A stretch of 64,000 nucleotides of DNA from Candidatus Bathyarchaeota archaeon (GCA_043826455.1 JBDRQD010000015.1:64001-128000), one strand, 5' to 3'; positions 26,961 to 37,659 are shown, counted from the first letter of the stretch. The notes: generated by a model from the letters alone, not told the origin. Translations and numbers: made by a program.

Positions 26961-27743
26961 ATGACAGCGGACTGGCGCAGTATACTCCATGAACTAAGTG
27001 ATAACATCCAGAACAAGGTACTCACAGTTATACCCCGACGAGGTAATCTACCAAACATTAAATTCAAAGACCTGCTAGACAAGCAAGCACAGGACGCCAT
27101 AGTCGAGACCCTTAAAGAGCACGAGGTGAGCGCTAAATTAGTCAGCGAGGAAGGCGATGTGGTATTCGGAGACGGCGAATACATCATCACAGCCGACCCA
27201 GTGGACGGCACAACCAACTTCAGCAGGGGCCTCAAGCCCGCCGCCACCAGCCTCTCCATAAGCGAGACAGGCACACAGAGCGGCGTAATAGCAGGCATCG
27301 TGGCCAACCTTTACACCGGAGAGACCTACTACGCCGAACGTGGGCGGGGTGCCACCTTGGACGGCCAACCCATAAGGGTAGCCGCACCAGAGAAGTACAG
27401 CCGAGCCCTCATCAGCATAGACATCAGCAAGGGGCCCCGCCTGGACCGCACCCGCCGCCTCCTGGAGATGAGCCGCCACCTCCGCAGCGAGGGCTGCACC
27501 GCCATGAGCCTCTGCCACGTCGCCTCCGGCACCATGGACGCCCACATAGACCTCAGGGGCATCGTCAGGGCCACAGACGTCTCGGCGGGGCTCCTCATCC
27601 TGGAGGAGGCCGGAGGCGTGTACATGGTGGACGGTATGCTCCGCGGCGACTTCCCCCTCACAAGGGACACCCACATGGAGCTGGTGGCCGCAGACTCCAT
27701 GGAGCTTCTGGATGAGATCAACTCGCTGATGGGGCGGCCATGA
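26961..27743 (+). CDS. Inositol monophosphatase / archaeal FBPase family
   Basis: SEE, DPVDGTTNF and RATDVSAG motifs. Confidence 0.9.
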   Translation: MTADWRSILHELSDNIQNKVLTVIPRRGNLPNIKFKDLLDKQAQDAIVETLKEHEVSAKLVSEEGDVVFGDGEYIITADPVDGTTNFSRGLKPAATSLSISETGTQSGVIAGIVANLYTGETYYAERGRGATLDGQPIRVAAPEKYSRALISIDISKGPRLDRTRRLLEMSRHLRSEGCTAMSLCHVASGTMDAHIDLRGIVRATDVSAGLLILEEAGGVYMVDGMLRGDFPLTRDTHMELVAADSMELLDEINSLMGRP

Positions 27744-28426
27744 GGTATACGTCGGAGCTTCTCCCGGCCACCTTCCTGGAGCGCCCCAACAGGTTCCTAG
27801 GTGTCGTAGAGTTAGACGGCGCCAGGACCACCTGCTTCATCCCCAACCCTGGGCGGATGCACGAGCTCATGGTCCCCGGGACACGCGTCTACCTCGCGGA
27901 GAAGCCTGGAGACCACCGCAAGACGGGCTACGACATGGCGCTGGTGGACCACGGCGGCACCCTGGTGAGCATCGACTCCAGGCTCCCCAACGCCCTCCTG
28001 GCGGAGGCCATACAGGCAGGCACACTCAAAGAACTAGAGAACCTCAGCGTAGCCAGGGCGGAGCCCCCCTACCTAGACTCCCGCTTCGACCTCCTCCTCT
28101 CAGGGAGCGGAGGCAACATGATCCTGGAAGCCAAGTCCTGCACCCTTGTGGTGGACGGCCTAGCCATGTTCCCGGACGCCCCCACCCTTAGGGGGGCCCG
28201 CCACATGCGCACCCTAACCCAGGCCCTGAACGAGTTCAGAGCCGCAGTCGTTTTCGTCATACAGAGGCCAGACGCCTCCGCCTGGAAGCCTCACAGGGAG
28301 ATGGACCCAGGTTTCAGCGACGCCCTGGCTGAGGCGGTGGCCGCAGGGGTCGAAGCCTACGCCTACAGGTGCCACGTCACACTGGAGGGCGTGAAACTGG
28401 GTGATAGAGTGCCGATAAGCCTCTAA
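27740..28426 (+). CDS. sfsA: SfsA DNA/RNA nuclease-family protein
   Basis: RPNRF, PNPGRM, SRFD, EAKSCTL and FPDAPT.RG.RH motifs. Confidence 0.93.
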   Translation: MRYTSELLPATFLERPNRFLGVVELDGARTTCFIPNPGRMHELMVPGTRVYLAEKPGDHRKTGYDMALVDHGGTLVSIDSRLPNALLAEAIQAGTLKELENLSVARAEPPYLDSRFDLLLSGSGGNMILEAKSCTLVVDGLAMFPDAPTLRGARHMRTLTQALNEFRAAVVFVIQRPDASAWKPHREMDPGFSDALAEAVAAGVEAYAYRCHVTLEGVKLGDRVPISL

Positions 28427-28563
28427 AGAGGCCTCTAGCCGGCGGAGAGACCTTAAAACATCGTCTCTGAGCCTAAAGCCCAAGAAAAACGGCTTTTAAC
28501 CACATGGGATCAGATACAGTTTTTAAGCACCTTATCACTGTATTCACGCTAAGAGGTTGGCGG

Positions 28564-28872
28564 ATGGGGAAGAAGAAGGTACTCAGCGAGAAGGATCTAC
28601 GCGTACTGGTCTACCCCAGCGAGAACGACGTCGTAGGAGTCGTCCAGAAGCTCCTGGGCTTCGACCGCGTTCTGGTCAAGTGCCAGGATGGCCACGTGAG
28701 AATCTGCAGGATCAGGGGTAAGATGAAGCGCCGCACCTGGATAAGGGAGGGCGACATCGTTCTCGTTTCTCCCTGGGACTTCCAGAGCGACGAGAGGGGC
28801 GAGATCTTCCACAGGTACACCGCCAACCAGGTGGACGACCTCCGCCGCAAGGGTATACTCACCATGGAGTAG
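28564..28872 (+). CDS. eif1a: Translation initiation factor aIF-1A
   Basis: CRIRGKMKRRTWIREGDIVLVSPW. ATG28564 follows GAGG. Confidence 0.95.
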   Translation: MGKKKVLSEKDLRVLVYPSENDVVGVVQKLLGFDRVLVKCQDGHVRICRIRGKMKRRTWIREGDIVLVSPWDFQSDERGEIFHRYTANQVDDLRRKGILTME

Positions 28873-28885
28873 AGGAGCCACACAC

Positions 28886-29698
28886 GTGCCCCGTAAAAGA
28901 GACCCCGAGAAGGTAGGCGACCGCCTGGAGAGGGAATACGAGGAAGACGCCCTCTTCAAGGACAAGAACCGCGAGGACTTTCAGGTAATAGAGGAGGTCT
29001 TCGACCGCCTCACCATCCAAGGGATGTACAGGCTCCTGAAAAGAGGCGTCGTAGGCAAGCTCCACGGCGTCATGAAGGCCGGCAAGGAGGCCAGAGTCTA
29101 CTACGCCACAGCGCCCGACGGGACAGAGCTGGCCGTCAAGATATACTATACTCACACCGCCGAGTTCAGGAAGGGGATGTTCCAGTACATCCAGGGGGAC
29201 CCCCGCTTCGGCAGGATCCGCAGGAGCCCCCGCAGCCTCATATACACGTGGACCCAGAAGGAGTTCAACAACCTCCAGCTGTGCGAGGAGGCCGGCGTCA
29301 ACAGCCCCCGGCCCATAGAGTTCACTAGGAACATCCTGGTCATGACCTTCATAGGTGAGAACGGTGAGCCGGCGCCCCTCCTGAGGGAGCTAGAGCCCGA
29401 GGACCCTCAGGCCTTCTACGAGGCCGTGCTGGAAGGGATGCGGCTCCTCTGGCAGAGGGCGGGCCTGGCCCACGGCGACCTCAGCGAGTACAACATAATG
29501 AACTATAAGGAGGCGCCCGTCATATTCGACGTGAGCCAGGCCATGCTGACGGTTCACCCCATGGCCAATATGCTCATAGAGCGCGACATAGACAACGTCA
29601 ACGGCTACTTCAGGCGCCTGGGCGCCGACACCAGGGACCCTGAGGAGCTGAAGGAGTGGATAACAGGTGGAGCAACGGACCTTTATACGGATACCTAG
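28886..29698 (+). CDS. rio1: RIO1 serine/threonine kinase
   Basis: GKEARVY, AVKIY, HGDLSEYNI and IFDVSQA motifs. Confidence 0.94.
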   Translation: MPRKRDPEKVGDRLEREYEEDALFKDKNREDFQVIEEVFDRLTIQGMYRLLKRGVVGKLHGVMKAGKEARVYYATAPDGTELAVKIYYTHTAEFRKGMFQYIQGDPRFGRIRRSPRSLIYTWTQKEFNNLQLCEEAGVNSPRPIEFTRNILVMTFIGENGEPAPLLRELEPEDPQAFYEAVLEGMRLLWQRAGLAHGDLSEYNIMNYKEAPVIFDVSQAMLTVHPMANMLIERDIDNVNGYFRRLGADTRDPEELKEWITGGATDLYTDT

Positions 29699-30257
29699 GG
29701 ACAGGGTGGGCGTCCTCATAGGGCCCAGCGGCAAGACCAAGCAGCGTCTGGAGGCCACCTTCCAGGTGGACCTCACAGTGGAGAGCGAGACCGGGAACGT
29801 GGAGATCGTCCCTCAGCCGGAACAGACCGACGTATCGGTGTTGTTCACTGTCCGCAACATCGTCCAGGCCATAGGCCGAGGCTTCAGCCCCCAGAGTGCC
29901 CTGACGCTGCTCAACGAGGACACCGACATCCTGGTTCTGGACCTGGAGGACTACGTGGGCTCCAGCCGAGGCAACCAGGACAGGATCAAGGGCCGGGTCA
30001 TCGGCAGGGAGGGCAAGAGCAGGGCCCTCCTGGAGCAGCTCACCGAGTGCCAAATAAGCGTGTACGGCGGCACAGTCACCATCATAGGCGCCTACGAGAT
30101 GATACCCATCGCCAAGGAGGCCGTGGAGATGCTCATGAACGGCGCCTTCCACAAGACAGTCTGGAACCACCTATACGCCGTCAGGCGGAAGCTGAAGAAG
30201 GACCGGGGAGAACTCTGGTACGAGCCCACTAGGAGACGCAGGTCCGAGGACAAGTAA
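29667..30257 (+). CDS. KH-domain pre-rRNA processing protein (Dim2/Pno1/Krr1 family)
   Basis: RVGVLIG..G, AIGRGFSP and RIKGRVIG..G motifs; conserved aIF1A-rio1-KH order. Confidence 0.92.
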   Translation: MEQRTFIRIPRDRVGVLIGPSGKTKQRLEATFQVDLTVESETGNVEIVPQPEQTDVSVLFTVRNIVQAIGRGFSPQSALTLLNEDTDILVLDLEDYVGSSRGNQDRIKGRVIGREGKSRALLEQLTECQISVYGGTVTIIGAYEMIPIAKEAVEMLMNGAFHKTVWNHLYAVRRKLKKDRGELWYEPTRRRRSEDK

Positions 30258-30339
30258 ACGAGTGTTTCATCCACCCCCCAACCCCCCCAGCCTGCGCCCC
30301 GTTTATACCCACCACCCCCAAACCCCAAGAGGTGAAGCC

Positions 30340-30627
30340 TTGGAGTACGACGACGCCATCCAGACCTTCCAAGCCCTCCGGGACGCGGGGCTACCCGTCG
30401 CCTTCGGAGGAAACATGTTCCTGGACATCCCCTGGGTGTGGGAAGGGAGCCGGGACGACGACGGCTGGCGCTGGAGGCTGAAGGCAGAGGCCCTGAGAGA
30501 AGAGCAGCTGACTCTGTTCACCGAGGTTCTCGGGGGGCGGGGTCTGAAGTGGAGACGGATGGAGGGAAACGGCGGTGACTACATCACGGTCTACAGGCCA
30601 GGTTACAGGAAAAACCATGCTCCATGA
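30340..30627 (+). CDS. Hypothetical protein
   Basis: TTG30340 preceded by GAGGTGA; typical codon usage. Confidence 0.55.
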   Translation: MEYDDAIQTFQALRDAGLPVAFGGNMFLDIPWVWEGSRDDDGWRWRLKAEALREEQLTLFTEVLGGRGLKWRRMEGNGGDYITVYRPGYRKNHAP

Positions 30628-31321
30628 GGATGAGACCCCAGCCCCCGGAGCCACGGTCCTGGTGGGAACCGGGGGGTGGGACTACCTCGACGCTGAGGGA
30701 GACCGACTCAAGGCCTACTCCAAGCTCTTCAACTTCGTTGAGGTGAACACCACCTTCTACCACGTGCCTAGGCTCTCCGCCGTCAGGTCCTGGAGGAGAC
30801 GCGTTCCCCGGGGCTTCACCTTCTCGGTGAAGTGCCACAGTAGAGCCACCCACGAGCTGGGCCTAAGACCTCAGGAGGAGACCTATAGGACCCTGGACAG
30901 GATGAGGCAGGTTCTCAGGCTCCTCCGAACTGACATGCTGGTCCTCCAGACGCCGCCAAGCCTTCACGTGGACGAGGCCAAGGTGCGTGAGGCCGAGGCC
31001 GTGTTGAAGAGCTCAGCCGCAGGGGGCGCCCAGGTCTTCTGGGAGACCCGCTCACCCCTCAGCCGCGAAAAGACGCGGGAGACCCGCCAAGCTATGCTGA
31101 GGGCCGGCTTCACTCCGGTGGTGGACCTTACCCTGGAGGAACCTGTCCAGGGGTCCGGGGTCACCTACTCCCGGCTCTTCGGGGTCACCCGGTTCTCCGA
31201 TAGCCTTCTGGATAGCGTGGGGGCCAAGGTGTGGTCGGAGGGGAGCGAAGTGGCTGTCCTCACCTTCCATGGTAGCGCCATGTACCGTGACGCGGCACGG
31301 TTTAAAGAGTTGAGAAGATGA
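30617..31321 (+). CDS. DUF72 (YecE-like) protein
   Basis: VGTGGWDY, VEVNTTFY, FTFSVK and LQTPPS motifs. Confidence 0.88.
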   Translation: MLHEDETPAPGATVLVGTGGWDYLDAEGDRLKAYSKLFNFVEVNTTFYHVPRLSAVRSWRRRVPRGFTFSVKCHSRATHELGLRPQEETYRTLDRMRQVLRLLRTDMLVLQTPPSLHVDEAKVREAEAVLKSSAAGGAQVFWETRSPLSREKTRETRQAMLRAGFTPVVDLTLEEPVQGSGVTYSRLFGVTRFSDSLLDSVGAKVWSEGSEVAVLTFHGSAMYRDAARFKELRR

Positions 31322-31492
31322 CGGTTGTATGAAGCCAAGCTACCTTTCTTTGCTTTAATCATGTTAAAACCTACACGCATTTACAATCATTCTTTACTGA
31401 ACCCTTAACTACGCTGTGATCTCGGTACCTATGTGCTTTAATATTCTTAGCAGGTATCATTCAGCATTAGAAGGGAGGCTAACGCAGGCCAG

Positions 31493-33079
31493 ATGACACA
31501 AGTAGAGTACCAGTCCATCAGCCCATCGGACTTCTTTTACAGGAACAGAGAGCTCGCCGGATTCAGCAATCCCAGCAGGGCCACCTATACAGCCTTCAGG
31601 GAGCTGCTGGAGAACAGCCTGGACGCCTGCGAGGTCCAGCGGGTGCCTCCCGACGTGTTCATCAGGATAAGCGAGGTGGGGGGCAGTCACAGCGGGGACA
31701 CCACCATCTACAAGCTCAGGATCGAGGACAACGGCACCGGCGTATCCGACGAGCACCTACCCAAGGCCTTCGGGTCCGTGTTCTATGGAAGCAAGTACAC
31801 CCTCAAGCAGAGCAGGGGCACCTTCGGCCTCGGCGGCACCATGGCGTTCCTATATGGTCAGATCACCACCCACAAGCCCATGATTGTCACCAGCAGCACC
31901 GGCGGCGACATCCACGAGTTCGTCATGATGATCGACATCCAGAACAACCAGGCCAACATCCTGAAGCACAGCGTCAAGCAGAACCCCGGCGGCTGGAGGG
32001 GCGTCGCCCTGGAGCTCCAGATGGAGGGAGACTACAGCCGCATCATGTACCGGCTCCTGGACTACCTGAAGCAGACGGCCATGGTGAACCCCGACGCGGA
32101 CCTAACCTTCGTGGACCCCCGTGGCAGGCTCTATAGGTTCGAGAGAGGCACTGAGAAGATGCCTCCTCTGCCAAAAGCGGTGGAGCACCACCCCCACGGC
32201 GTGGACGTGGAGACCTTCAGAAGACTCATAGGCACCACCAAGGCCAAGAACCTCAAAGAGTTCATGATGACCCACTTCCAGGGCATTGGCACCACCACCG
32301 CGGACCGGTTCCTAGCGTTCGCAGAGATGAACCCAGGCGCCAAGCCCAAGAACCTGAGCCCCGACGACATAGTGAAGGTCGTCCGCGCCACCAAGGACTA
32401 CACAGACTTCAAGCGCCCCGACGCCAGCTGCCTGAGCCCCATTGGCGAGGAGCTGCTTGAGACAGGCATCAAGAAGGAGCTGGGCCTCACCGACGAGGAC
32501 TACATAAAGGTGGTGACCCGTAAGCCTAGCACCTACCTGGGCTTCCCGTTCATCGTGGAGGCCGCCGTCGCCACCGGGCCCACCGTCAGGAAGACCCACG
32601 GCGCAGGGATCACCCTGTACAGGTTCGCTAACAGGATTCCGCTGCTCTTCGACGAGAGCAGCGGTGTCGTCTGGAAGGCGGCCAACAAGAACATCAATTG
32701 GAAGACCTACAGGGTGGAGTCTGACACGCCCCTGGTGATAGCTGTCCACGTGTGCAGCACCAAGATCCCCTACAAGAGTGTGGGCAAGGAGTACATGGCG
32801 GACCAGCCTGAGGTGGAGCGGGAGATCACCAACGCCATCCGCGAGGCGTCCAGGGGGGTCCGCGTATACATCAGCCGCAAGTTCAGGATCGCCCGGGAGC
32901 GGCGGCGCCTCAACATATTCAATAACTACCTGCCCAAGATAGCGGAGTTCGCGTCCAAGCTGGCGGAGAAGCCCATACCGGATGTGGAGCCCCTGCTTGA
33001 AATGGTGAGCGCCAACATCCCCGAGGTGGAGAAGAAGCTAGAGGAGGTCCCTGAGATTGTCGAAGAAGCACATGAGTGA
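31493..33079 (+). CDS. top6B: DNA topoisomerase VI subunit B
   Basis: RELLENSLDA, DNGTG, QSRGTFGLG and RFANRIPL motifs. Confidence 0.97.
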   Translation: MTQVEYQSISPSDFFYRNRELAGFSNPSRATYTAFRELLENSLDACEVQRVPPDVFIRISEVGGSHSGDTTIYKLRIEDNGTGVSDEHLPKAFGSVFYGSKYTLKQSRGTFGLGGTMAFLYGQITTHKPMIVTSSTGGDIHEFVMMIDIQNNQANILKHSVKQNPGGWRGVALELQMEGDYSRIMYRLLDYLKQTAMVNPDADLTFVDPRGRLYRFERGTEKMPPLPKAVEHHPHGVDVETFRRLIGTTKAKNLKEFMMTHFQGIGTTTADRFLAFAEMNPGAKPKNLSPDDIVKVVRATKDYTDFKRPDASCLSPIGEELLETGIKKELGLTDEDYIKVVTRKPSTYLGFPFIVEAAVATGPTVRKTHGAGITLYRFANRIPLLFDESSGVVWKAANKNINWKTYRVESDTPLVIAVHVCSTKIPYKSVGKEYMADQPEVEREITNAIREASRGVRVYISRKFRIARERRRLNIFNNYLPKIAEFASKLAEKPIPDVEPLLEMVSANIPEVEKKLEEVPEIVEEAHE

Positions 33080-34142
33080 ATCGGAGCGCAGAAGGCTCGC
33101 CATGGAGCAGAGCCTGACCCAGCTGGGTAACCTCATCCACGAGCAGATCAACAACAAGGAGTTCCCATGGATCCACATGCAGAGCCGCAGCACCGACAAC
33201 ATTCTATACGACCCCGAAGAGCGCCAGTACGTGCTGGGGCCCAGGATGATTAGGCGCCACAGCCGCAACATACGCCACATCCGCCCCTTCACCCAGCTCA
33301 TATGGACGGCTTGGTTCAGCAAGGAGCTTGTCAGGCAGAGGAAGACCAGTACCCTGAGGGAGGTCTACTACTCGGCCCGAGGCCAGCGGGACATAGAGTA
33401 TAACGACCAGACCGAGTCGGATAACATCATCACCGACCTGGAGGTGGCCCTCAACCGGGCGCGGGAGGAATTTCACATCTTCCCGGAGGAGCGATCAGCC
33501 ATCTTCGGCGACCTCACCATAGAGTACACGGTGCCCGGCTACGAGGGACGTAGGATGAACCTGACGGACCACCCCGACGGTGTCATGATCGGGCCGGCCC
33601 TCACCAGCAGCGAGTTCGTGGAGACCGGCGCCGACAAGGTGCTGGTGGTAGAGAAGGGCGCCATGTTCACCAGGTTGGTGGAGGAGAGGGCCCACAAGCG
33701 GTTTAATGCCATCTTGGTCCATACCGCCGGCCAGAGCCCTAGGAGCACCAGGGGCATCATCAACAGGCTGTCCCACGACCACGACCTCCCCGTCTACATC
33801 TTCACGGACGGGGACCCGTGGGGCGTCCACATCGCTATGGTCATCATAAGCGGCTCGGCCAACGCCGCCCATCTCCGAGGCCTCACCACGCCCGACGCCC
33901 AGTGGATCGGCGTCTGGGGTAGCGACATCATAGAGTACAAGCTGCCCACGGAGCCCCTCACCGAGTTCGACCAGAAGCGCCTCAAGGAGCTGAAGGAGGA
34001 CCCCAGGTACAAGGGCGACATATGGCAGAGGGAGCTTGACATCTTCATGAAGCTGGGGGAGAAGGCCGAGCTGGAGGCCTTCAGCAGGTACGGCCTCACC
34101 TACATAGTGGACGAGTACCTTCCAGCCAAGCTGGAATCCTAG
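33072..34142 (+). CDS. top6A: DNA topoisomerase VI subunit A
   Basis: TLREVYY (catalytic Tyr), VEK, DGDPWG and KAELEA motifs. ATG33072 overlaps top6B by 8 bp. Confidence 0.97.
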   Translation: MSESERRRLAMEQSLTQLGNLIHEQINNKEFPWIHMQSRSTDNILYDPEERQYVLGPRMIRRHSRNIRHIRPFTQLIWTAWFSKELVRQRKTSTLREVYYSARGQRDIEYNDQTESDNIITDLEVALNRAREEFHIFPEERSAIFGDLTIEYTVPGYEGRRMNLTDHPDGVMIGPALTSSEFVETGADKVLVVEKGAMFTRLVEERAHKRFNAILVHTAGQSPRSTRGIINRLSHDHDLPVYIFTDGDPWGVHIAMVIISGSANAAHLRGLTTPDAQWIGVWGSDIIEYKLPTEPLTEFDQKRLKELKEDPRYKGDIWQRELDIFMKLGEKAELEAFSRYGLTYIVDEYLPAKLES

Positions 34143-34169
34143 CCTTTTTTTACTCCGTCCATCTCTTTC

Positions 34170-34376
34170 ATGGTAACCATGTCTACGCGAATCAGTCTCA
34201 GCTTCAAGGGCCTTGCCACCGTTCTGGGAGGCTTCATACTCGCCGTCTCCGGCGTACTGCTGCTTGTCAACAGCTCCGCCGCAGACCCCGGCTCTCTAAA
34301 CCTTTGGTTCTTCACCCCCCTGGCCCTAGGCCTGGTGCTTGTAGGCGCCGTGATGCTCGCCTCGAGGGACACCTGA
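34170..34376 (+). CDS. Small two-TM membrane protein
   Basis: Two hydrophobic segments; stop lies 1 bp before the next gene. Confidence 0.6.
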   Translation: MVTMSTRISLSFKGLATVLGGFILAVSGVLLLVNSSAADPGSLNLWFFTPLALGLVLVGAVMLASRDT

Positions 34377-34377
34377 G

Positions 34378-35136
34378 TTGTCGGTTAAGGGCGTCATCAT
34401 GGCGGGGGGCCTCGGCACCAGGTTCAGGCCCCTCACCGAGTACTTCCAGAAGTGCATGATACCCATCGGCGAGCAGCAGAAGCCCATAATGGAGTACATA
34501 GTGCGGCTCTACGGGTATCACGACATCAGGGACCTGGTGCTCCTGGTAGGGTACAAGCACCAGCAGATAGAGAACTACTTCGACCGCGGTCAACGCTTCA
34601 GTGTCAAGATGAGCTACGTGCTAGACGACCCTAAGCTGAAGGGGAGCGCCAACGCCCTCCTCAACGCCTACAGGCAGAAGGCCGTTGGGAGGAAGGACAC
34701 CCTCATCGTCTACTACGGGGACATAGTATCCAACATCAACCTCCAGGAGATGCTCAGGTTCCACAGGGAGCAGGACGCCGTGGCCACCATAGCCCTGGCC
34801 CCCAGCTTCGTGGTGAACGTGGGGGTGGCCGAGATGGAGGGGCCATGGATCAAGAGGTTCAAGGAGAAGCCCATGCTGCCCTCAGCCATAAGCATAGGCA
34901 TCCTCATCCTGGACGGCTCGGTGCTGGAGGAGATGGAGGCGCTCCACAGGCAGGGCGAGTTCGAGTCCTTCGACCTCATGGGGGACGTTGTCCAGTACCT
35001 GGTGGAAAAGGGGGACAAGGTGGCCGGGTACATCACAAGCGCCTACTGGTACGACGTGGGCAGCATAGAGAGGTACGAGAGGCTCAGCAACAACAGGATC
35101 ACCGAGGAGCTGGGCTTCCTCCTTAACCCACGTTGA
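34378..35136 (+). CDS. Sugar-phosphate nucleotidyltransferase (NTP_transferase domain only)
   Basis: MAGGLGTRFRPLT, YYGD, FKEKP and WYDVG motifs. Confidence 0.9.
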   Translation: MSVKGVIMAGGLGTRFRPLTEYFQKCMIPIGEQQKPIMEYIVRLYGYHDIRDLVLLVGYKHQQIENYFDRGQRFSVKMSYVLDDPKLKGSANALLNAYRQKAVGRKDTLIVYYGDIVSNINLQEMLRFHREQDAVATIALAPSFVVNVGVAEMEGPWIKRFKEKPMLPSAISIGILILDGSVLEEMEALHRQGEFESFDLMGDVVQYLVEKGDKVAGYITSAYWYDVGSIERYERLSNNRITEELGFLLNPR

Positions 35137-35188
35137 AAGGAAAAAACTTCTTAAACCCACCCAAAACCTGTTAACCCGGCGACATAGT

Positions 35189-36277
35189 TTGAAAGCCGTA
35201 GTTCTAGCCGGAGGATTCGGCACAAGGCTCAGGCCCCTGAGCTGCAGCCGACCCAAGATGCTCTTCCCCGTGGCCAACCAAGCCCTCATAGACTACACGT
35301 TGAGGAACATGGCTCAGGGAGGCATAGACACGGTGATCCTGTCCGTCTACTACATGGCCGAGAACCTGGTCAGGCACCTCGGCCCATCAAAATTCGACCT
35401 CGGCATACTCTACAGCCGGGAGCAGAGGCCCCTGGGCACCGGGGGAGCCATCAAGAAGGCGCAGGACATGATCAACCACGGAGTCTTCTTCGCCATGAAC
35501 GGCGACATCCTGACGGACCTTGACTACAGGCGGCTCCTCAACTACCACGAGGAGAAGGGGGGTCTGGCCACCATAGCTCTCATACAGGTGCCCGACCCCT
35601 CCAGGTACGGCGCTGTTGAGCTGGACTGGGAGGGCCGCATCCTCAGGTTCGTGGAGAAGCCCCCTAGGGGCCACGAGCCCAGCAACCTCATCAACGCCGG
35701 CGTGTACGTCCTGGAGCCGGAGGTCCTGGAGATAATTCCTGATGGTAGACGCGTCTCCATAGAGACCGAGGTCTTCCCCAGGCTGGCCGAGGAGAGAAAA
35801 CTGTACGGCTTCGAGAGCCACGGGTTCTGGATGGACATCGGGGTACCCGAGGACTACCTGAACGCAAACGCCATCCTCCTCTCCAAGAGCGGCACCCTCA
35901 AGAACCCGACCTCCGTGAACGTAGACCCCTCAGCAGTCGTAAAGAAGCCCTGCATCTTCGGTGAAAACGTCAGAGTAGGAGCCGACTCCATCATCGGGCC
36001 CAACGTCTCCCTATCGGACGACGTCCACGTGGGCAAGGGCTGCCGAATAGAGAACAGCATAATATTCCCGGGGGCCGTCATCGAGGACTACAGCAGCGTC
36101 AGGAACGCCATCATAGGGGAGGCCGCGGTCCTGTCCCGCTGGGTCAAGGTGGAGTCGGGCAGCCTCATCGGGGACTACGCCCAGATCAGCGACGGCGTCA
36201 CCATCACCGAGAACGTGTACATCTGCCCCAGCAAGACCGTCGACGAGAGCATCCTTGTGCCCAAGATGGTGATGTAG
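35189..36277 (+). CDS. NDP-sugar synthase (mannose-1-phosphate guanylyltransferase-like) with hexapeptide repeats
   Basis: LAGGFGTRLRPL, PLGTGG, NGD, FVEKP and WMDIG motifs; C-terminal left-handed beta helix. Confidence 0.9.
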   Translation: MKAVVLAGGFGTRLRPLSCSRPKMLFPVANQALIDYTLRNMAQGGIDTVILSVYYMAENLVRHLGPSKFDLGILYSREQRPLGTGGAIKKAQDMINHGVFFAMNGDILTDLDYRRLLNYHEEKGGLATIALIQVPDPSRYGAVELDWEGRILRFVEKPPRGHEPSNLINAGVYVLEPEVLEIIPDGRRVSIETEVFPRLAEERKLYGFESHGFWMDIGVPEDYLNANAILLSKSGTLKNPTSVNVDPSAVVKKPCIFGENVRVGADSIIGPNVSLSDDVHVGKGCRIENSIIFPGAVIEDYSSVRNAIIGEAAVLSRWVKVESGSLIGDYAQISDGVTITENVYICPSKTVDESILVPKMVM

Positions 36278-37635
36278 TGGGCCGGCTTTTCGGAACCAAC
36301 GGCGTCAGAGGAGTCGTGAACCAGGAGTTCACCGTGGAGCTGGCCCAGGGCTTAGCCGCATCCGCCGGCAGCCTCCTGGGGAAGGAGATGGCCGTGGGCA
36401 GGGACGCCCGCACCAGCAGCCCCATGGTGAGGGACGCCGTGGTCAGCGGCCTCCTCAGCATCGGGTGCAACGTCCACGACATGGGGGTCCTGCCCACCCC
36501 CACCCTCCAGTACATGGTCAAGCACCTCGGCCTGGACGGCGGCGTCATGGTAACGGCCAGCCACAACCCGCCCCAGTTCAACGGCGTCAAGGTGATGGCA
36601 GCCGACGGCGTGGAGATCAGCAGAGCCACAGAGGACCGCCTAGAGGAGCTATACTTCAAGGGAGGTCCCCCACTGGCCGAGTGGAACATGGTGGGCGCAG
36701 TCCGCGAGGTGGACGTCGTAGAGACCTACATCGGGGCCGTGGTTGGCCAGGTGGACCGGAAGCTCATCTCGTTCCGCGGCCTCAAGGTGGCCCTGGACAC
36801 CGGCAACGGCGTCTCCTGCCTTGTGGCCCCCAGGGTGGCCAGCAGGCTGGGCGCAGGCGTCTACACCGTCAACGCCGAGCTGGACGGAGGCTTCCCGGGC
36901 CGCGGCAGCGAGCCCACTCCGGAGAACTTGGGCGCCCTCAGAGACCTGATAGAGGCTACTGGAGCCGACCTAGGAATCGGATTCGACGGCGACGGCGACC
37001 GTAGCATCATCATGGACGAGAAGGGGGAGGCCGTCTGGGGCGACAAGAGCCTCAGCCTCATAGCCGACTGGTACCTGGGGAGGCACCCCGGGGAGACCGT
37101 GGTCACTTCCATAAGCACCTCCAAGGGACTGGAGGACGTGGTGAGCCGTCATGGCGGCCGAGTCCACTGGGTCAGGGTTGGTAGCGTGGACGTGAGCCGA
37201 GCCATGGTGGAGAACAGATACCTCCTGGGGGGTGAGGAGAACGGCGGCATCATGTACGGGCCCCACCACCCTGTCAGGGACGGAGCCATGGTCATGGCCC
37301 TGCTGCTCCAGATACTGGCCGAGAGGCGCAGGCCCCTCTCAGAACTCATAGCCGAGCAGCCCATCTACTCCAAGGCCAAGGACAAGGTGGAGTGCCCCAA
37401 CGAGTTGAAGCCGGAGGTCCTGAGGAGGCTGCCCGGTCTAGTGGAGGGCTTGGAGGTGGACACCATGGACGGCGTCAAGGTCACCTACAGGGACAGGAGT
37501 TGGATACTCATAAGGCCCAGCGGCACCGAGCCCGTGTGCAGGCTCTACGCAGAGGCCAGGGACGAGGAGACCGTCAGAAGCATCATAGGTGAGTACAAGG
37601 ATAGGCTCAGCCGCCTGATTGAAGAGCTAAAATAA
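36277..37635 (+). CDS. glmM: Phosphohexomutase (phosphoglucosamine/phosphomannomutase)
   Basis: FGTNGVRG, TASHNP, DGDGDR, GEENGG and RPSGTEP motifs. Confidence 0.88.
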   Translation: MGRLFGTNGVRGVVNQEFTVELAQGLAASAGSLLGKEMAVGRDARTSSPMVRDAVVSGLLSIGCNVHDMGVLPTPTLQYMVKHLGLDGGVMVTASHNPPQFNGVKVMAADGVEISRATEDRLEELYFKGGPPLAEWNMVGAVREVDVVETYIGAVVGQVDRKLISFRGLKVALDTGNGVSCLVAPRVASRLGAGVYTVNAELDGGFPGRGSEPTPENLGALRDLIEATGADLGIGFDGDGDRSIIMDEKGEAVWGDKSLSLIADWYLGRHPGETVVTSISTSKGLEDVVSRHGGRVHWVRVGSVDVSRAMVENRYLLGGEENGGIMYGPHHPVRDGAMVMALLLQILAERRRPLSELIAEQPIYSKAKDKVECPNELKPEVLRRLPGLVEGLEVDTMDGVKVTYRDRSWILIRPSGTEPVCRLYAEARDEETVRSIIGEYKDRLSRLIEELK

Positions 37636-37659
37636 ACCGTTTAAAGGAAAAAGGAGGGA

